49,471 bases of DNA from Candidatus Sumerlaeia bacterium (GTDB taxonomy: Bacteria; Sumerlaeota; Sumerlaeia; SLMS01; JAHLLQ01), in the NCBI GenBank assembly GCA_033761985.1, contig JANRMB010000084.1, positions 1 through 49,471 of the forward strand, read 5' to 3'. The notes below the pieces were generated by a model, which saw only the letters and a program-made list of their open reading frames with translations, was not told the DNA's origin and searched no databases. A program made the translations under genes and the position numbers. Below are positions 40,481 to 49,172 of the stretch, one piece after another. The first letter of the stretch is position 1, and the number at the start of each line of letters is the position of its first letter.

Positions 40481-41968
40481 ATGAACAAGCTTTTTTTCAC
40501 CACATGCTTTGCACTCCTTTGTGGAGTTGCACCATTTGCAGAGTTGTCCGCCCAAACTTTACCGAACTCGTTTACCTATCAGGGTACACTTGTGAATGAT
40601 GGTGTACCCGCCAACGGTAACTACAACTTTGAGTTTTTGCTCTACACTGCGGCAACAGGTGGAACGCAAATCGGCGCCACACAATCAGCCGTCAATGTCC
40701 CTGTCAGCAATGGATTCTTTACATTGGCGTTGGATTTCGGGAGCGATCCATTCAAAGGGGATCGTCGGTTTCTGGAGATTCGTTCGGCTCCCACAGGAAC
40801 TCCCCTGTCCCTGTTGGCTCCGCGCTTGGAGCTTCGTGCCCAGCCCTATGCACTCTATGCCAAGGAATCCGGTTCCACCGCCACGTTGGAAACCACCAGT
40901 GGTGATCTCGTTTTTTCCAACGGTTCCCGAACAAACCTCAGCAATCTTCGAGTGAATTCCCTGGCTTCGGAAACGGGTGAAGAAATCCTCAAAGTTACCA
41001 GTGATGAAGGGGCCGTGGCGATTGGTGACACGGCAACCGACGCTCGGTTTAAGGTGCGCGGAATTGATGGAATTGCTCTGCTTCTCGACGTGGTGGACGA
41101 TAACGATGAACCGGCATTTGTTGTGGATTTCGATCGTAAAGTCGGCATCAACATTGCCCCCAGCACCACCGACCGTGTTCGCATTCAAGCCGAAAGTACC
41201 GATACCACTGCTCTTCGCATTTTGGACAATTCCAACAACGTGATGGTGGAGGTGGATCGCGACGGTGACTTTGAGGTTTTTGATTCCACCAACAATCCCA
41301 ACGCAGTGTTGATGCAAGTCTCCTCCAGCACGGGAAATACCGGGATAGGACGTTCTGCCTACGACGATACCCAATTCAACATTCGCGGTAGTTCTGGTGA
41401 TAGCTACTTTCTGAATGTGGAAAACTCCTCCGGTGATGATTTGTTCAGTGTTCGCCCCAGTTTTGGGGTCAGCGTTCAGGGGAATTTCAACGTTACCAAC
41501 GGCTCCAAAAACTTCCTAATCGATCACCCCCAAAACCCCGATACCCAGTGGCTTTCCCACAATGCGGTGGAAGGCCCCGGGTACTACACGCATTATCAGG
41601 GAACGGTGACACTCAACGCCGAAGGCCGTGCGGAGGTGGCGCTCCCTGCGTATTTTGAGTCGCTCAATGGCGGCACAGGGGCTTCCATCCACTATCAACT
41701 CACCCCGATCGGGGCGGCGATGCCACAACTGCACATCAGCCGCGAGGTAAAGGGGAACAGCTTTGAAATCGCCGGAGGAGCTGCCGGAGCCAAGGTCTCT
41801 TGGTTGGTAAATGCGGAACGGCGCGATCCCTACGCCCTGGCTCACCCCTATGAGGCGGAAACAGAAAAATCCTCTCGTGAAAAAGGCTACTTCGCCTATC
41901 CCCAAGGCTACGGAGCCACGGCGGAAAAAGGCGTGGGAAGCATTCCCCAGCAGGGTGAATCGAATTAG
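40481..41968 (+). CDS. Secreted tail-fibre-like / surface fibre protein
   Basis: Signal peptide MNKLFFTTCFALLCGVAPFAELSA. N-terminal module FTYQGTLVNDGVPANGNYNFEFLLYTAATGGTQIG...VSNGFFTLALDFG, common in 'tail fiber domain' proteins. C-terminal module KNFLIDHPQNPDTQWLSHNAVEGPG...YFESLN...YQLTPIG, which recurs in such proteins as I remember them. Confidence 0.65.
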   Translation: MNKLFFTTCFALLCGVAPFAELSAQTLPNSFTYQGTLVNDGVPANGNYNFEFLLYTAATGGTQIGATQSAVNVPVSNGFFTLALDFGSDPFKGDRRFLEIRSAPTGTPLSLLAPRLELRAQPYALYAKESGSTATLETTSGDLVFSNGSRTNLSNLRVNSLASETGEEILKVTSDEGAVAIGDTATDARFKVRGIDGIALLLDVVDDNDEPAFVVDFDRKVGINIAPSTTDRVRIQAESTDTTALRILDNSNNVMVEVDRDGDFEVFDSTNNPNAVLMQVSSSTGNTGIGRSAYDDTQFNIRGSSGDSYFLNVENSSGDDLFSVRPSFGVSVQGNFNVTNGSKNFLIDHPQNPDTQWLSHNAVEGPGYYTHYQGTVTLNAEGRAEVALPAYFESLNGGTGASIHYQLTPIGAAMPQLHISREVKGNSFEIAGGAAGAKVSWLVNAERRDPYALAHPYEAETEKSSREKGYFAYPQGYGATAEKGVGSIPQQGESN

Positions 41969-42083
41969 TTTGAGAGAACCGACGAGATTCTCACGCTGTG
42001 AATCTCAGCAGATAAAACTCTGGAAATAAGCGCAAGTTATTTGGTTCTGTATGCCCAAGTGTCCTGAATCCATAAACCCAAAC

Positions 42084-42404
42084 TCAAGCTTGTGTATCAA
42101 ATGCATCAATCCGTTTTGATATCTGTTCGGGATTTCTCTTTCCATGAAAAACCCCCAAGACAACAAGTTTTGAGTGATTCTCAAGATAAACAATCGAATA
42201 AGGGAATCGTTTGAGAAGGTGCCTTCGTGTTCCCAAATACGAAAGCCTTGTTAAATGAGGTTCTTTGGAAATAGACTCTAACCCTATCTCCACTTGTAAC
42301 AAAAAATCAACGCCCAGACCCACCAATTTACTCTCATACCAGAAAAACGCCTCGGTGATATCACGCTCTGCCTCTGGTCTAATAACTAACTTTTTGTCGC
42401 TCAT
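42084..42404 (-). CDS. Type II toxin, ParE/RelE family
   Basis: 106 aa. Pattern L.I.PEAERDI.EAFFWYE...YSIVY......VVLGVFHGKRNP. Overlaps the upstream antitoxin by 4 nt. Confidence 0.8.
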   Translation of the reverse strand: MSDKKLVIRPEAERDITEAFFWYESKLVGLGVDFLLQVEIGLESISKEPHLTRLSYLGTRRHLLKRFPYSIVYLENHSKLVVLGVFHGKRNPEQISKRIDAFDTQA

Positions 42405-42625
42405 CCTTTTTTCTCAAGAATCCTGCGTTTCACATCCTCCCATGAAGAACCTGACTCAGGATCAAGATGAAATGCGGCCATCCGTTCTTCAATCATCCTT
42501 TTTTCCTGAACGTTCGGTTCCATAACAATACCTTCGCTTGCGATGGAATCCCAAATGTCTTCGACTAGTTTGATTCTTTCTTGAACCGGAAGAGCAAGAG
42601 CCTCAACAAGAGCAGATTGTTTCAT
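42401..42625 (-). CDS. Type II antitoxin, 'putative addiction module component' family (PF09720/TIGR02574-like)
   Basis: LALPVQERIKLVEDIWDSIA...WEDVKRRI. The ATG at 42625, preceded by GAGGA at 7-nt spacing, is preferred over the GTG at 42649. Confidence 0.75.
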   Translation of the reverse strand: MKQSALVEALALPVQERIKLVEDIWDSIASEGIVMEPNVQEKRMIEERMAAFHLDPESGSSWEDVKRRILEKKG

Positions 42626-42730
42626 TGAATCATCCTCTGGTAAAAACACTTTCAGTTGATACCAAGGCTATCATGGGGCTTCATGCAAGGGTATTTTGTC
42701 AGTCCATCACCCGGAGGAAGGAAAAAACTG

Positions 42731-43288
42731 ATGAAGTCAGAAAAAGAAAAAATGCTCGCCGGCGAACTCTATTCCGCTGCTGATCCCGAGCTTGTGGAGG
42801 CCCGGCTTCGCGCCCGCACGTTGCTGCGTCAATTCAACGATACCCCCGAGAGCGATGATTCCGGGCGTCACCTGTTGCTTCGCCATCTTTTGGGCTCTGC
42901 CGGTAACAACTTTCTCATCGAGTCCAACTTTCACTGCGACTACGGGTTTAACATCCATGTGGGGGAAAACTTCTACGCCAACTTCGATTGTGTGATACTC
43001 GATGTTTGCCGAGTCACCATCGGGGCCAATTGTTTCATGGCTCCCGGGGTGCATATCTATACCGCCACGCACCCTTTGGATGCCCGGGAACGCAACTCGG
43101 GACTCGAGTACGGCAAGCCCGTTACAATCGGGGAGAACGTGTGGCTTGGCGGTCGCTGCGTCATCAACCCCGGAGTCACGATTGGTGACAACGTGGTGGT
43201 CGGTTCGGGAGCGGTGGTGGTGAAAGACGTCCCAGCTAACGTTGTGGTTGGGGGAAACCCTGCAAGGATTTTGAAGACGCTGGGGTAA
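42731..43288 (+). CDS. Maltose/galactoside O-acetyltransferase-family hexapeptide-repeat acetyltransferase
   Basis: N-terminal Mac-type segment [34 protein letters not shown]. Hexapeptide repeats [49 protein letters not shown]. The ATG at 42731 is preceded by GGAGGAAGG. Confidence 0.88.
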   Translation: MKSEKEKMLAGELYSAADPELVEARLRARTLLRQFNDTPESDDSGRHLLLRHLLGSAGNNFLIESNFHCDYGFNIHVGENFYANFDCVILDVCRVTIGANCFMAPGVHIYTATHPLDARERNSGLEYGKPVTIGENVWLGGRCVINPGVTIGDNVVVGSGAVVVKDVPANVVVGGNPARILKTLG

Positions 43289-43346
43289 CCCCCACCGCTC
43301 CATTCTTCTTGCTCACCACCACAACCTCGGGGTTGGATTTCAACTT

Positions 43347-44162
43347 ATGACCCCGCGACCCGACCCCTCCATTCGTTCACATTTGCTGGGCTCCACACCT
43401 GTTCTGTTGGAGCCTGCCACCGATCATGAGCAGCAGCTTTTTGCGCAGCTTGCGTTGAACAGGCTTCCGCGGCACGTGGCAATCATCATGGATGGCAACG
43501 GGCGGTGGGCGAAGCAGAGGTCCTTGATGGAACGCATCGAAGGACACAAGGCCGGGATTGGAAGCGTTCGGGAGTCGGTGCGGAGTGCGGCCCAACTTCG
43601 TTTGAAGGCTCTGACGCTTTACGCGTTCTCCTCGGAAAACTGGAGTCGCCCAGCGCACGAGGTCACGGCGCTGATGTCCTTGTTGGAGTCTTTTCTCATC
43701 AAAGAGATCCCCGAGCTGATGGAAAACAACATCCGGTTGGTGGCGAGTGGTGATCTTGCGCGGCTGCCGCGTTCGGTGCAGAACAAACTTTCCCACACCA
43801 TGGAAAAGACCGCCGGCAATACGGGAACCGTGTTGAATTTGGCGTTGAGCTATGGGGGGCGTCAGGAACTGGTGGATGCCTGCCGGGCACTTGCCACCAA
43901 GGTCGCCAACGGGGAACTGAATCCGGAACAAATCACCGAGGAGGCGCTGGCTCAACACCTCTACCAGCCCGAGCTGGGCGATCCGGAATTATTGATTCGC
44001 ACCAGCGGGGAACAACGGGTGAGTAACTTTCTTTTGTGGCAAATTGCCTACACAGAGTTTGTGTATCTGCCGGTGTTGTGGCCCGATTTCCGGAGGCTGC
44101 ATTTTCTGGAGGCTCTGGTTCTCTACCAACAACGGGATCGGCGCTTCGGCAAAGTGAGCTAA
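43347..44162 (+). CDS. uppS: Isoprenyl transferase / undecaprenyl diphosphate synthase
   Basis: PRHVAIIMDGNGRWAK, GHKAG, LTLYAFSSENWSRP, LNLALSYGGRQE, LLIRTSGEQRVSNFLLWQIAYTEF...WPDF. Confidence 0.95.
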   Translation: MTPRPDPSIRSHLLGSTPVLLEPATDHEQQLFAQLALNRLPRHVAIIMDGNGRWAKQRSLMERIEGHKAGIGSVRESVRSAAQLRLKALTLYAFSSENWSRPAHEVTALMSLLESFLIKEIPELMENNIRLVASGDLARLPRSVQNKLSHTMEKTAGNTGTVLNLALSYGGRQELVDACRALATKVANGELNPEQITEEALAQHLYQPELGDPELLIRTSGEQRVSNFLLWQIAYTEFVYLPVLWPDFRRLHFLEALVLYQQRDRRFGKVS

Positions 44163-44166
44163 CGCC

Positions 44167-45540
44167 GTGGGTGTACTTCCGGCCGAGCGATTTTGGCGGC
44201 TGGCTTGGCTGCTTGCCGTGGTTTGGGCTTTTGCGTTGGCTGTGGTTTTTCGGCAAACGTCCGCGGACTCCTCATTTCCCAAAGTGGATGCCATCGCCTT
44301 TTACACTGCCGGTAGTTTGGCAGCCGAAGGCCGTTGGAATGCCATGTACACCGCCCGTGCGGAACGCCGGAATGTGGCGATGGATGTTGCGCCCGTAGGG
44401 GCGATGCCCGGCGCACCGCTGGAATTTTCGCTTATCACCGTGAGGACTTCATCGGAGTGGCGAGAATCGGCGCTGGCGCAGGGTTATCCGGATTCGAATG
44501 CCCCACCGTTTGCCTATACCCCTGGGTATGCGGTGCTGTTTCAGGGGTTGGCGCTGCTTCCGTGGCGATGGGCCACATTCATGTGGGATGCCCTGAATCT
44601 CCTGATTTTTGCCGGTGGACTGGCGCTGTTCTGCCGGGATGCTTCCGAACGCCACGGGTCGTTGATCTTAGCGGTCGCGTTATTGTTGCTTCCACTTGCG
44701 CACCCGCTTCAGTTCTCGCTCTTCTGCGGTCAGGGAACGCCGATGATTGTGGGTGCCGGGTTGATTCTGTTTTCTACGGCGGCGGGTCGATTGGGGGCTG
44801 TCCCCGCAGGGGTGCTTGGCGCCGTTTGCGGGGTGGTGCTTTTCAGCAAACTTCTGCCGATATTGTGGGTTGTGCCGCTTTTTGCGGTCAGACGTTGGGC
44901 GCTTGTGAGTGGCGTACTTGCGGGTGTGGCGATTGTGTTGGTGTTGGGGCTCGTGGTGGCGCCGTGGGGCGCTCATCTGCAGATGGTCGATACGGCCCGG
45001 GCGCTTCTTTCCGGAGTGCAGTACTGGAGCGGAAATCAATCACTCGAGGCGTTTGTGGGGCGCTTTTGGTATTCCACCAACCTTACGCAGATGCCGGGCA
45101 CGGCGGTGGAGCCGTTCATCCTAGGGGGCATTCTGAAAGGTGCAAAACTGCTTCTCTTACTGGGATTGCTCATCTTTACGCTGCGTAGCAAAGCCGGGCT
45201 TCCAAGGCTTGGTGTCTTGTGGCTGATGCTCCCGGCTCTGCTTCCCCACCTGAGTTGGAGCCATTATGGATTGTATGCCGTACCGGCATTGATCCTCTGC
45301 GGGGCCAGCGTGTTGGAGTCTTCGTCGCAGGGTTGGCGGAGAGGATTACAATGGGGAGTGCTGATTCTTCTCGGGATTGCGTGGGGAATGAATCCCGACT
45401 TTTGGAAGATACTGGTGGAGGGGGGAACGGGAGGAGCGGGTGTTCAAACGCTGTTCCGGATTGCCGTGGGGCTTCCGTTTCTGGCGATGTTGGGCGTATG
45501 GACGTGGGCATTTGGAAGTACGATTTTAAGGAACGAATAG
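44167..45540 (+). CDS. Polytopic membrane protein, DUF2029/GT87-like glycosyltransferase candidate
   Basis: GTG start 4 nt after uppS. More than 10 hydrophobic helices. The early loop PPFAYTPGYAVLF...LPW resembles the GT-C/GT87 pattern. The family call is tentative. Confidence 0.6.
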   Translation: MGVLPAERFWRLAWLLAVVWAFALAVVFRQTSADSSFPKVDAIAFYTAGSLAAEGRWNAMYTARAERRNVAMDVAPVGAMPGAPLEFSLITVRTSSEWRESALAQGYPDSNAPPFAYTPGYAVLFQGLALLPWRWATFMWDALNLLIFAGGLALFCRDASERHGSLILAVALLLLPLAHPLQFSLFCGQGTPMIVGAGLILFSTAAGRLGAVPAGVLGAVCGVVLFSKLLPILWVVPLFAVRRWALVSGVLAGVAIVLVLGLVVAPWGAHLQMVDTARALLSGVQYWSGNQSLEAFVGRFWYSTNLTQMPGTAVEPFILGGILKGAKLLLLLGLLIFTLRSKAGLPRLGVLWLMLPALLPHLSWSHYGLYAVPALILCGASVLESSSQGWRRGLQWGVLILLGIAWGMNPDFWKILVEGGTGGAGVQTLFRIAVGLPFLAMLGVWTWAFGSTILRNE

Positions 45541-45611
45541 ATCTACCAGCAATCGATAATGATGTCGCGTATAATTGACTTTGAATTAACTGATTCCTAA
45601 TATGTTTATTT

Positions 45612-45786
45612 CACGCAAAGGCGCAAAGAACCGCGAAGAGCGCAAAGGAGCAGTCTTTTCATTTGAAGATAAATAGATGGGGAATTTCTTATCGGGCATT
45701 TATTTTATTTTACTTAGCTTCTTAATTTGGAAGCATTTTTACAAAAAACTTTGCGCGCTTTGCGGTTCTTTGCGCCTTTGCGTTAA
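45612..45786. repeat. MITE-like element: 34-nt inverted repeats built of GCGCAAAG sub-repeats flanking a 101-nt AT-rich core
   Basis: Left arm CGCAAAGGCGCAAAGAACCGCGAAGAGCGCAAAG (45614-45647). Right arm CTTTGCGCGCTTTGCGGTTCTTTGCGCCTTTGCG (45749-45782). 32 of 34 positions are complementary. Confidence 0.75.
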
Positions 45787-45863
45787 ACTACTTAATTGTT
45801 TCGTTCACTTTCCCATAATCGTACATTCAAAATTTTATCAGGACAAATCTTTAGAGGACGAGT

Positions 45864-45898
45864 ATAAATAAAGAATGGGATTCCGAAGAAACCCATCC
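45864..45898 (-). terminator. Rho-independent terminator of the TPR lipoprotein gene
   Basis: Minus-strand reading GGATGGGTTTC-TTCG-GAATCCCATTC (11-bp stem with one mismatch and one G-U, UUCG loop), followed by TTTATTTAT. Confidence 0.7.
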
Positions 45899-45932
45899 TT
45901 GCTATCCTTGATATCGATGTAACTTTCCCTGC

Positions 45933-46571
45933 TCACAACGTGGTGGGATCGATTCCCTTTTCGCTAAGTTTTTCCTGAGCGGGAACGTATTTCTCATTCT
46001 TCTTGTAGGCCATTTTGTAGTCTTCGGTAGCCGCGGCGGTGTCGCCTTTGGCTTCCAGAGCTTCACCCCGGAGCATGTAGGCGGCTTCCAAATCGTCGTT
46101 TTCCTCGATGGCGGAATTGGCGTCATTCAAGGCTTTGTCGTACTCGCCTTGATCGTAGTGCAGACGCCCGCGGTTTACGTAGGCTTCGGCATAATCGTCG
46201 TTCAGTTCAATTGCCTTGTTGAAATCGGCCATGGCAGCGGCTTGGTTCCCTTGGCGGTAGTGGAGCACGCCACGGTTGTTGTAGGCCTGCTCGTATTCTT
46301 CATCAATCTCGATGGCCTTGTTATAGTCTTCCATGGCGGCTTCGAATTCACCGTTTGCCACGCGGCTGAGGCCACGGTTAAGGCGTGCCTTTTTGTCTTC
46401 GGGGTTTACGCTGAGAACTTTGTCAAAGACCTCAATGGCGTCGGGATATTTTTCGTCGTTATACTTGGCCAAACCACGGGAGATATCGGAGGTACGGCAT
46501 CCGGTTGTGACAAGGCCCGTAAGGGCAACAACGCCAAGGGCGAGGAGGATGGAAAAGTGACGTGAAAGCAT
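45933..46571 (-). CDS. TPR-repeat lipoprotein
   Basis: Lipobox LVTTGC. Five or more 34-aa TPR units (A..YN.G........A..DFNKAIELN..YAEAY.NRG). Confidence 0.88.
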   Translation of the reverse strand: MLSRHFSILLALGVVALTGLVTTGCRTSDISRGLAKYNDEKYPDAIEVFDKVLSVNPEDKKARLNRGLSRVANGEFEAAMEDYNKAIEIDEEYEQAYNNRGVLHYRQGNQAAAMADFNKAIELNDDYAEAYVNRGRLHYDQGEYDKALNDANSAIEENDDLEAAYMLRGEALEAKGDTAAATEDYKMAYKKNEKYVPAQEKLSEKGIDPTTL

Positions 46572-46648
46572 GGTGTGATACTCTGAGGTAGATTCGAAGG
46601 ATTGATAACTGTTTGCTTGGTTGAATCAAGCCGGAAAACCAATGAGGC

Positions 46649-48208
46649 TCAAGGGTAGAAGGGATTATCCATAAAAATTCGTGTGGCCCATGCAATCTCC
46701 GCAGGCTCTTGCACACGCTGAACACCCGTGGGGCTCATCTCCGTGCAGCGCATGGCCTGAATGAGTGTCCACTGGCCGTTTTTTCTTTCCAGCCGAGCCT
46801 CCAACGCCTGGGTGGGGAACTCACGATCGTTTTCCATCCAGCGGATGGGGAAGTAAACCAGTGCCTGATCGGGGTTCTGGGGATTTACATAAACCAACGG
46901 ATCACCGTTGAGTACTCCATATTTTTCGTATCCGATGGCGTTTTGCCGCGCCACCTTCAAATGGACAGAAAGATCAGCCAGCACCCCCTGCGCCCAGGCG
47001 AGCAATTCCGGAGGGGCCGGTGCCAATTCGGGAGTGGCATCCTTTGCCGTGAATACAGGGGGAGCGGGTGTTGGCTCCGGAGTGGGGGAGGGCTCGGCAG
47101 TAGGGACGGGTGTGGGTTGCTCCAGAGCGATGACTGGCTGCGAAGGGGTCGCTAGAGCCGGATCCGTAAGGGCGGGTGTGGAATCTGTTCCGGAGGCGCT
47201 CCGTTCCTCGTTCTGTTTACGCATCTGTTCGTAGGATTGGCTGAGCGTTTGGTTTCCCACCGGGCTTGTATCGAAGACCCAGTCGATGCCCATCCCGAAA
47301 CCCACCACGCATAAAGCTCCCACAGCCACCACCGCCATCCAGGGAAGAAACGGAGCCAGGGCGTCCACGGTGGACTCCAGCCACTGGCGCGATTTTTTGG
47401 GTGGGCCGAGGTCATCGTCGGGGTCTGCGAGGGACTTCGAGTTGCTGCTCAGCACCGGATTGAGGGTGCGCTGATTGATGCGTTCCGAAGAGAAGCTGAT
47501 GGCCTGAGTGCTTGGGCCGCCGATGGCTTGGCGCACGAAGGCGGCGTTTGGGGGAACCTTGTCCACACACTCCAAGTGAAGCACCAGTTGGCGCCAAAGA
47601 TTGAGATCGGCCTGAGGATCAAGGGCTCCTCCCGCAAGAGCGGCGAGTTCCAGCGCCACATCCGAGCAAAAGGTTTGATCCACCACGTTCATCACCAAAA
47701 GCGGCCGCACCCAAGTGTAGGCGGATTTATCATGAAAAATCGAGGACTGGGTGTAGTACACCATCAATGCCAGGAGTTCGGGATCTTTGTAGGGCTGCTT
47801 ATGGCAACGGAAGGAATCCTGAAAACGACTATACCAATCGGGGAGTGAGCTCCTGAGCTCCGTGAGCATTTGCGGAGTGGTTTCGCGACTGAATTCCGAG
47901 AGCGTTTGACCCAGCACATGGCAGCACAGCGCCCAAAATACGGGTTCCTCGAGATGCTGTGTTCGGCCATCCCGCACTCGTTTGATGGCATCCTCGGGCT
48001 GAATGGCGGCCAAATCCGAGAGAGTTTGTTCAATGAGTTCCGCCAAAGCAGGGCGATCCTGCGCCAACAACCGGGAAGCCACCAGCAACCGCGCTGCGCA
48101 AAACGCCAAATCCTCCTGCCGTACCAAGGACGTCACCGGTTGGTTTGCCGAGTCCCGCACGGATTTGCCCTGTTCCACCCGGGCCTTGTAAATGTCCAAT
48201 TCCTGCAT
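46649..48208 (-). CDS. Hypothetical single-pass membrane protein with Pro/Thr-rich linker
   Basis: Long ORF. The ATG at 48208, preceded by GGAG at 10-nt spacing, is preferred over the TTG at 48271. One TM (FLPWMAVVAVGALCVVGFGMGI). Linker PTPVPTAEPSPTPEPTPAPP. I recognised no family. Confidence 0.7.
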   Translation of the reverse strand: MQELDIYKARVEQGKSVRDSANQPVTSLVRQEDLAFCAARLLVASRLLAQDRPALAELIEQTLSDLAAIQPEDAIKRVRDGRTQHLEEPVFWALCCHVLGQTLSEFSRETTPQMLTELRSSLPDWYSRFQDSFRCHKQPYKDPELLALMVYYTQSSIFHDKSAYTWVRPLLVMNVVDQTFCSDVALELAALAGGALDPQADLNLWRQLVLHLECVDKVPPNAAFVRQAIGGPSTQAISFSSERINQRTLNPVLSSNSKSLADPDDDLGPPKKSRQWLESTVDALAPFLPWMAVVAVGALCVVGFGMGIDWVFDTSPVGNQTLSQSYEQMRKQNEERSASGTDSTPALTDPALATPSQPVIALEQPTPVPTAEPSPTPEPTPAPPVFTAKDATPELAPAPPELLAWAQGVLADLSVHLKVARQNAIGYEKYGVLNGDPLVYVNPQNPDQALVYFPIRWMENDREFPTQALEARLERKNGQWTLIQAMRCTEMSPTGVQRVQEPAEIAWATRIFMDNPFYP

Positions 48209-48300
48209 GCGCTGCCGCTCCTGTAAGACTCCCGTCTTGACGTGGTACTCCCACTCTTCACGAGATGGCAAATCCTAAGTTTCCCAAAGTGTCTCAGCGA

Positions 48301-49113
48301 ATGAATCTTCAGCGGTTTCGAGCCCTCGTGGTGCAACTCCATGAGACCCAGAACACCAGCAGCATGGTTCATCTTCTCACCCCCGGCCACGGCCCGTTGG
48401 CTCTCTGGGTAAAAGGGCTTCGCCGCAAGGGGAGCGAATACCGGCAATCCTCCCTGCAACCACTCAATTATCTGGAAGTCACCGCCGCGCTTCACGGCGA
48501 TTCTGATGTCGCCACCCTGCGTGATGTGGAACTCCTCGTCCCCTGGGAACCCCGGCGACTGGACTCCAACCTTCCGCAACTTCTTCCTTTGGCCTTGGGC
48601 TCCTTGGCGGTGGAGGTGCTCCACAAAAGTACTGAAAACGGCCAACCCATCGAAGAGGAGTTCGCCGCACTTCTTCAAATGCTCGAGTGCATTCAAACCG
48701 GCGACTTTGTGGAGGAGCCGCACATTTTACTGACACTATGGCTCGGGATGCTTCAACTGCTGGGGTATCTTCCGTTGATTGCTCCGGAAGTTCTGCGCCC
48801 TTGGCCGGCGGAACTCCCCAAACCCACCCACTTTCTCCTGCACAGCGAGAATGCCCTCGTCACCCTTCCCCCGGCGGGGCGCGAAGGAGAGGCTTTTCAC
48901 TGGCCCAACCTCCCCATCGGTTCCGGGGAGTTCTTGCCGCTTCCTCCCAAGGGAGTACGCGCTTTGTACAATACTGAAAAAGGCGAACCACTCACGGCTG
49001 GGGTAACGTTGGGTGAAACCCTGCAAATGATCAACGCCCTCAGCCGATTTTTGGAATACACGCTGGACCTACGATTTGCCAGCCGGGATTTTTTGGAGTC
49101 TTGTTTTCAGTAA
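48301..49113 (+). CDS. recO: DNA repair protein RecO
   Basis: N-terminal OB-fold pattern FRALVVQLHETQNTSSMVHLLTPGHGPLALWVKGLRRKGS...LQPLNYLEV. Central helical region LWLGMLQLLGYLP. It aligns by eye with E. coli RecO from MNLQRF (ATG 48301). Confidence 0.75.
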   Translation: MNLQRFRALVVQLHETQNTSSMVHLLTPGHGPLALWVKGLRRKGSEYRQSSLQPLNYLEVTAALHGDSDVATLRDVELLVPWEPRRLDSNLPQLLPLALGSLAVEVLHKSTENGQPIEEEFAALLQMLECIQTGDFVEEPHILLTLWLGMLQLLGYLPLIAPEVLRPWPAELPKPTHFLLHSENALVTLPPAGREGEAFHWPNLPIGSGEFLPLPPKGVRALYNTEKGEPLTAGVTLGETLQMINALSRFLEYTLDLRFASRDFLESCFQ

Positions 49114-49146
49114 ATTGGCCTTGGATTGACTAATCGTTTCATAAAT

Positions 49147-49172
49147 GGCTCGTGATTTATGAGCCGATTTTT
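49147..49172 (+). terminator. Candidate terminator after recO
   Basis: GGCTC-GTGATTTAT-GAGCC followed by GATTTTT. An alternative AT stem is TCATAAAT/ATTTATGA. Confidence 0.4.

Noticed and set aside
44334-45188. 284-aa plus-strand ORF in an alternative frame of the GT87-like gene
   Set aside because: It is an out-of-frame overlap with a long polytopic membrane protein ORF. The Gly/Arg/Cys-rich translation looks non-biological.
45677-45871. 64-aa ORF inside the MITE-like element
   Set aside because: It starts in the AT-rich core and reads through the right inverted repeat. Its Phe/Leu/Lys/Cys-rich composition reflects AT-rich DNA rather than a gene.
48133-48723. 196-aa minus-strand ORF overlapping the recO 5' half
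   Set aside because: It is antisense to recO and overlaps the start of the neighbouring gene. It has no motifs.
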